Both the position numbers and the translations under genes were made by a program. From NCBI GenBank assembly GCA_041484665.1, contig JBGPIA010000011.1, forward strand, positions 64,001-128,000: a stretch of DNA of 64,000 nucleotides, written 5' to 3'. Within the stretch, counting starts at the first letter, position 1. Each line of letters opens with the position of its first letter. The stretch is from Candidatus Krumholzibacteriia bacterium (GTDB lineage: Bacteria; Krumholzibacteriota; Krumholzibacteriia; JAJRXK01). The notes beneath the pieces are model-generated. The model had not been told where the DNA came from and searched no databases. It worked only from the letters and a program-made list of their open reading frames with translations. Below, one piece after another: positions 60,231-64,000 of the stretch.

Positions 60231-62990
60231 CTACTTCGTACCGGCCGGGGACTTCCAGTACAGCACGTCGTGCAATGTCTCGGCCTCGATCTTGGCCCCG
60301 CGCGAGCCTCCAGGGACCGTGCGCTGTGGCAGCCCCGCGGCGCCGTTGGCCGCCGTCGAGTCCTGCTTGGTGGTCCGCGCGGTGTCGGGGGCGCCCGTGG
60401 TGGTGGCCTGCGACGCGCCGCCCAGCGCCCGCGCCAGGGAGTCGGGCTGCGCCGCCGCGAGGCCCGGCACGCGCCGGCCATCGCGCGCGCTGTCGGCGCC
60501 TGCCGTGGCGGCCGCGACGGTGTCCTGCTGCGCGAGCAAGGGCTCCGGCACGGCCGACATTGCCTGCTTGAGCAGCTCCTCCACGCGCTGCAGGCTGAGC
60601 TGCTCGAGGGCCACAGCCTCGCCAGCGCGTCCACCCGAAGCTACGGTCGCGTCGGCCTTCACGCCCAGCATCTGCAGGGCGGCCGCCACGCTGCCGGCCT
60701 TGTGCACCGCGCGCGAGAGCTCCTTCTGGCCCTCATCGCTGCGCCCGAGCACGTGCAGGGCCAGCCCGCGGTTGAGCGCGATGCCGGGGTCATCGCTGTC
60801 CATGGCCCGGGCTCGGTCGTAGCTGCGCAGCGCGACCCGGTCGTCACCGCGAGCCAGCTCCGTGTTTCCCAGATTGTTCCACAGCGCCGCGTCGCGCGCG
60901 CCCTCGGACACCGAAACCAGCTCGGTGTAGGCCCGGTCATAGTCGCGGTTGAGGTAGTACACCCGTGCCAGCTTGATGGCGTCCTGCGTCGGGTTCTCCT
61001 GCCCCAGGTGGGCCAGATACGTCTGCTTGAGGAAGTCATCGCGCCAGCCGCCGATCTGCGCCAAGTCCTCGCTGACCGCGCGCGTCACCGTGCTGGCATC
61101 CACCACGGGGGCCTTAGCGCCGGCCGGAATGCGCGCGGCGTAGACGGCCGCCTCGTAGCGGGCGCGGGCCTGCAGCACGTCCACCACGTGCAGCTTGTCG
61201 GAGCCCTCCCAGCGCCGGAAGAGATCGGCGCCCTTGCGCCAGGCCTGATGGAACGGGGCGCCCAGGGCGGTGGTCTCGACCGGGATCCACAGCGAGCCCT
61301 CGCGCTCGACGAACAGCGCCGGATCCAGCCCCGTGGCGTCGCGCTCGCGGGCGTGGATCCCCGTGTCGAACATCACGTAGATGTGCTCGGGCACGTCGAC
61401 CAGCGCGGTGCGGATGCCGACGTTCTCCAGCATCGTGGCGTAGAGCACCGAGCTGTCGTCGCAGTCGCCGCTGCGATGCACGAGCAGCTCGGCCGGGTAC
61501 TGGATGTTGTCGACCGCGAACGGCTTGTCGCGCATCGCGCCGTAGGGGTTCAGCGCATCCGGCGTGTAGGTGATCCCGCAGGCCGCCAGCCCATCGAACA
61601 GGCGCGCGGCGAGCGTCGTGGTCCGGTTGAGGACGCCGCGGTCCTGGGCTGCGGTGGCCTTGACGATGTCGCGGGTGAAGTCCGACACCAGCTCGTTGCT
61701 GGGCGTGATGAAAGCCGCCGCGCGCTCCACGCCGTCGCCCCAGGTCAGCACGCCGGGCTCGTACATGAACGTCTGCACCTTGCGGCTCTCGTTGCGCCGT
61801 CGGCCGGCGCTCTGGTAGGTGACCTCCACCGTGAAGGGCATGGGGCGCCCCTCGCGCAGCTCCACCACGCGCGGCGACAGCGGCAGCGTCACCGGCACGC
61901 GGGTGGCCGCGCCAGGGCGCAGGTAGAGCGTGCGCTCGCTCGGCTCGTCCATGACCTGCTTCTGCATGACGCTCACGCGCACCTCGACGGGCTGATCCGT
62001 GAGGCTGGTGAGGACCACCTCGCCGGTGGGCTCTGTGGCGTAGGTCTTGTAGAAACTGGCGAACAGCGGCTGCAGGCTGGCGTCGCTCACGTCGACCAGC
62101 TTGGGGGCCAGCGTGAAGTCGACAGCGACGCCGAAGGTGTGCGTCGCGTCGAGCATGGGGTGGCTTTGGAAGCTGTAGCAGATGGTGGCCGGCCCGTACT
62201 GCAGCCCGAAGCCCAGCGACAGGCGGGAGCCGTCCAGGCCGTCGAGGTCCTTCGTCCATCCGCCGCGTACCGCCAGCGCCTGCAGCAGCTGCCACTCGAC
62301 GCCAGCGTGGGCATCGCGGTCGACGTCCGCCACGACCAGCACAGTCGGGATGACCTGCCAAGCGCCGCCCGCGGCCAGCACGCCGTCGAACGGCCGCGAC
62401 GTGCTCCCGTCGTCGTAGCGCAGCGTGCTGCCGCCCGCGTCACGCCACGCGACGCCCAGCGAGACGTTGTGCCGCGGCATCACGAGCGCGCCAAAGTCCA
62501 TCCCGATGCCCGAACCCGTTCCCTGGTCCACGCTCTGGTAGGTCTGCTTGTACTGCCGGTACTTGGCTGCCGCTCCCAGCGAGACCCTGCGCACCGGCTG
62601 CCAGCCGAGCCCGAAGCTGATGCGATTGAGGCCGTCCTCGAGCCCGCCATCGGAGAATCCGCTGTGGTACCACTCCAGCCCGAACCCCAAGCCCTGCCAC
62701 GCGGGGGACGCCAGGGACAGGAGATTGTCGCGGATCCCCAGGCCGAACTGGTTGGCGGTCGTGGCGCGCAGGCTGGAGACACGCAATCGGCCCAGCCCGG
62801 CCGGGTTCCAGTAGAGGGCGTCGGCCCCTTCAGCCACGGCCGTGTAGGCCCCGCCCAGCGCGAGCGGACGCGGTCCCACGGGTACCTGGTCCTCCCCGGA
62901 GCCCGCCAGCGCTGGCGTGGACGCCAGGATCGGCGACAGGGCTAGCCCGGCCGTGAGCGTCCAGGAGAGTGATAACCGATTGCAGTTCAT
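60231..62990 (-). CDS. Fusion of a PorV/FadL-like beta-barrel, Ig-like domain, transglutaminase-like domain and TPRs, 919 aa
   Basis: GPRPLALGGAYTAVAEGADALYWNPAGL; barrel strands to THTFGV; QYPAELL..SGDCDDSSVL, EHIY, WIPVETT; TPRs. Confidence 0.8.
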   Translation of the reverse strand: MNCNRLSLSWTLTAGLALSPILASTPALAGSGEDQVPVGPRPLALGGAYTAVAEGADALYWNPAGLGRLRVSSLRATTANQFGLGIRDNLLSLASPAWQGLGFGLEWYHSGFSDGGLEDGLNRISFGLGWQPVRRVSLGAAAKYRQYKQTYQSVDQGTGSGIGMDFGALVMPRHNVSLGVAWRDAGGSTLRYDDGSTSRPFDGVLAAGGAWQVIPTVLVVADVDRDAHAGVEWQLLQALAVRGGWTKDLDGLDGSRLSLGFGLQYGPATICYSFQSHPMLDATHTFGVAVDFTLAPKLVDVSDASLQPLFASFYKTYATEPTGEVVLTSLTDQPVEVRVSVMQKQVMDEPSERTLYLRPGAATRVPVTLPLSPRVVELREGRPMPFTVEVTYQSAGRRRNESRKVQTFMYEPGVLTWGDGVERAAAFITPSNELVSDFTRDIVKATAAQDRGVLNRTTTLAARLFDGLAACGITYTPDALNPYGAMRDKPFAVDNIQYPAELLVHRSGDCDDSSVLYATMLENVGIRTALVDVPEHIYVMFDTGIHARERDATGLDPALFVEREGSLWIPVETTALGAPFHQAWRKGADLFRRWEGSDKLHVVDVLQARARYEAAVYAARIPAGAKAPVVDASTVTRAVSEDLAQIGGWRDDFLKQTYLAHLGQENPTQDAIKLARVYYLNRDYDRAYTELVSVSEGARDAALWNNLGNTELARGDDRVALRSYDRARAMDSDDPGIALNRGLALHVLGRSDEGQKELSRAVHKAGSVAAALQMLGVKADATVASGGRAGEAVALEQLSLQRVEELLKQAMSAVPEPLLAQQDTVAAATAGADSARDGRRVPGLAAAQPDSLARALGGASQATTTGAPDTARTTKQDSTAANGAAGLPQRTVPGGSRGAKIEAETLHDVLYWKSPAGTK

Positions 62991-63203
62991 GATTTTATCG
63001 GCTTAGAGCCGTCCTTGTGTCAGCGTCCGGCTTCTGGCCTGATCTCTCGTCTGTGCAGCCGCCGCGCCATGCGCCCGGGCTCGCCTGCCGTGCCGCGCCC
63101 GGGTCTGCCTGGGCCCGCCTGCGCCTGCCACGCGCCGGCGGCGCGCCGGCGGCGCGACTGCGGCGCGCGCGCCGGGCGACGCCGACCTTGACGCGGCCGT
63201 GGC

Positions 63204-64000
63204 TCACCGGGTCAGACCGTGCTTCTTCATCTTGTAACGGAGGTTGCTTTCGCTGATCCCCAGGCTGCGCGCCGCGGCCATCTGGTTGCCGTCGACGCCG
63301 CGCAGGGCCCGGCGGATCAGAGCCTTCTCGTACTGGTCGAGGGAGTCGCGCAGATCCGGGACGGCGTCCTGCTGCTTGCCCTGGGCCATGCGCGGCCGTT
63401 CCCCGCGGCCGGGCTGGCCGTCGCCACCGGTAGACGGCGGGACCTCCTCGACTGCATCCCTCGCAGGGGCCGACGGGGCGTCGCCGCGGATCTCCGCCGG
63501 GAGCGCCGAGGGCTCGATCACGTCGCCGCGGCAGAGCACCACCGCCCGCTCGACCACGTTCTCCAGCTCGCGCACATTCCCCGGCCACGTGTAGGCCAGC
63601 AGCAGGTCGAGCGTCTCGCCGGCCAGCCGCAGGCGCGGCTTGCCGTTGCTTTCACCGAAGCTCTTCACGAAGAAGCGCGCGAGGTCGATGACATCGGTGC
63701 CGCGGTCGCGCAGCGGCGGCAGCCAGATCGTGACCACGTTGAGCCTGTAGTACAGGTCGGCGCGGAATCGCTTGTGGTCCATCAGCGCCTCGAGATCCTG
63801 GTGCGTCGCGGCCACCAGGCGCACGTCGAGCGGGATGGTCACCCGGCCGCCGACGCGCTCCAACTCGCGGTCCTCGATCACGCGCAGGATCTTGGTTTGC
63901 GCTTGCGCGCTCATGTCCCCGATCTCGTCGAGAAAGCAGGTACCGCTGTTGGCCATCTCCATGCGTCCCTTGCGCGCCTCCACACCGGTGGCCACGCCAC
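63204..64000 (-). CDS. Sigma54-type enhancer-binding protein (AAA+ with Fis HTH), N-terminus outside the window
   Basis: FLDEIGDM, QTKILRVI, FRADLYYRLNV, WPGNVRELEN, AARSLGIS; loop 1 reads GVATGV. Confidence 0.92.
   Translation of the reverse strand, partial: GVATGVEARKGRMEMANSGTCFLDEIGDMSAQAQTKILRVIEDRELERVGGRVTIPLDVRLVAATHQDLEALMDHKRFRADLYYRLNVVTIWLPPLRDRGTDVIDLARFFVKSFGESNGKPRLRLAGETLDLLLAYTWPGNVRELENVVERAVVLCRGDVIEPSALPAEIRGDAPSAPARDAVEEVPPSTGGDGQPGRGERPRMAQGKQQDAVPDLRDSLDQYEKALIRRALRGVDGNQMAAARSLGISESNLRYKMKKHGLTR

Noticed and set aside
62991..63203. Sigma54 promoter downstream of the enhancer-binding protein gene
   Set aside because: The best candidate near the start, TGACAC-N5-CGGCT, lacks the invariant GG at -24.

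Overview
Very GC-rich (roughly 70% by eye) bacterial chromosomal segment with about 47 genes. I found no rRNA, tRNA, CRISPR array, integrase or transposase. The C-terminal 'PNPFNP' FlgD-Ig/CTD-like sorting domains and a PorV-like barrel suggest an FCB-related diderm such as Krumholzibacteriota, Eisenbacteria or Latescibacterota (inference). Main contents: (i) two type II toxin-antitoxin pairs. (ii) Two tandem paralogous ~1500-aa secreted proteins with a shared C-terminal chassis and different N-terminal heads. (iii) Tryptophan 2,3-dioxygenase, an OmpR-family two-component system and a CGC-motif UshA-like protein; a TTTAC-N6-TTGAC box recurs upstream of the regulator and the UshA-like gene. (iv) A candidate new aromatic-amine/tryptophan catabolic cluster: luciferase-like monooxygenase, GGCT, two DinB proteins, a class-3 asparaginase homolog lacking its zinc ligands, an ALDH, a 2-aminophenol 1,6-dioxygenase beta subunit and an alpha subunit fused to a RidA deaminase. 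(v) A five-gene, apparently trans-envelope electron conduit: His-rich membrane protein, Fe-S/FAD NAD(P)H oxidoreductase with permuted motif order, 23-heme and 31-heme c-type cytochromes, and an outer-membrane beta-barrel. (vi) A signalling run: enhancer-binding protein with a GVATGV loop, barrel-transglutaminase-TPR fusion, TPR protein, CHASE2 adenylate cyclase and Ser/Thr kinase. (vii) Several gene remnants. All family calls come from motif recognition by eye, with no database searches.
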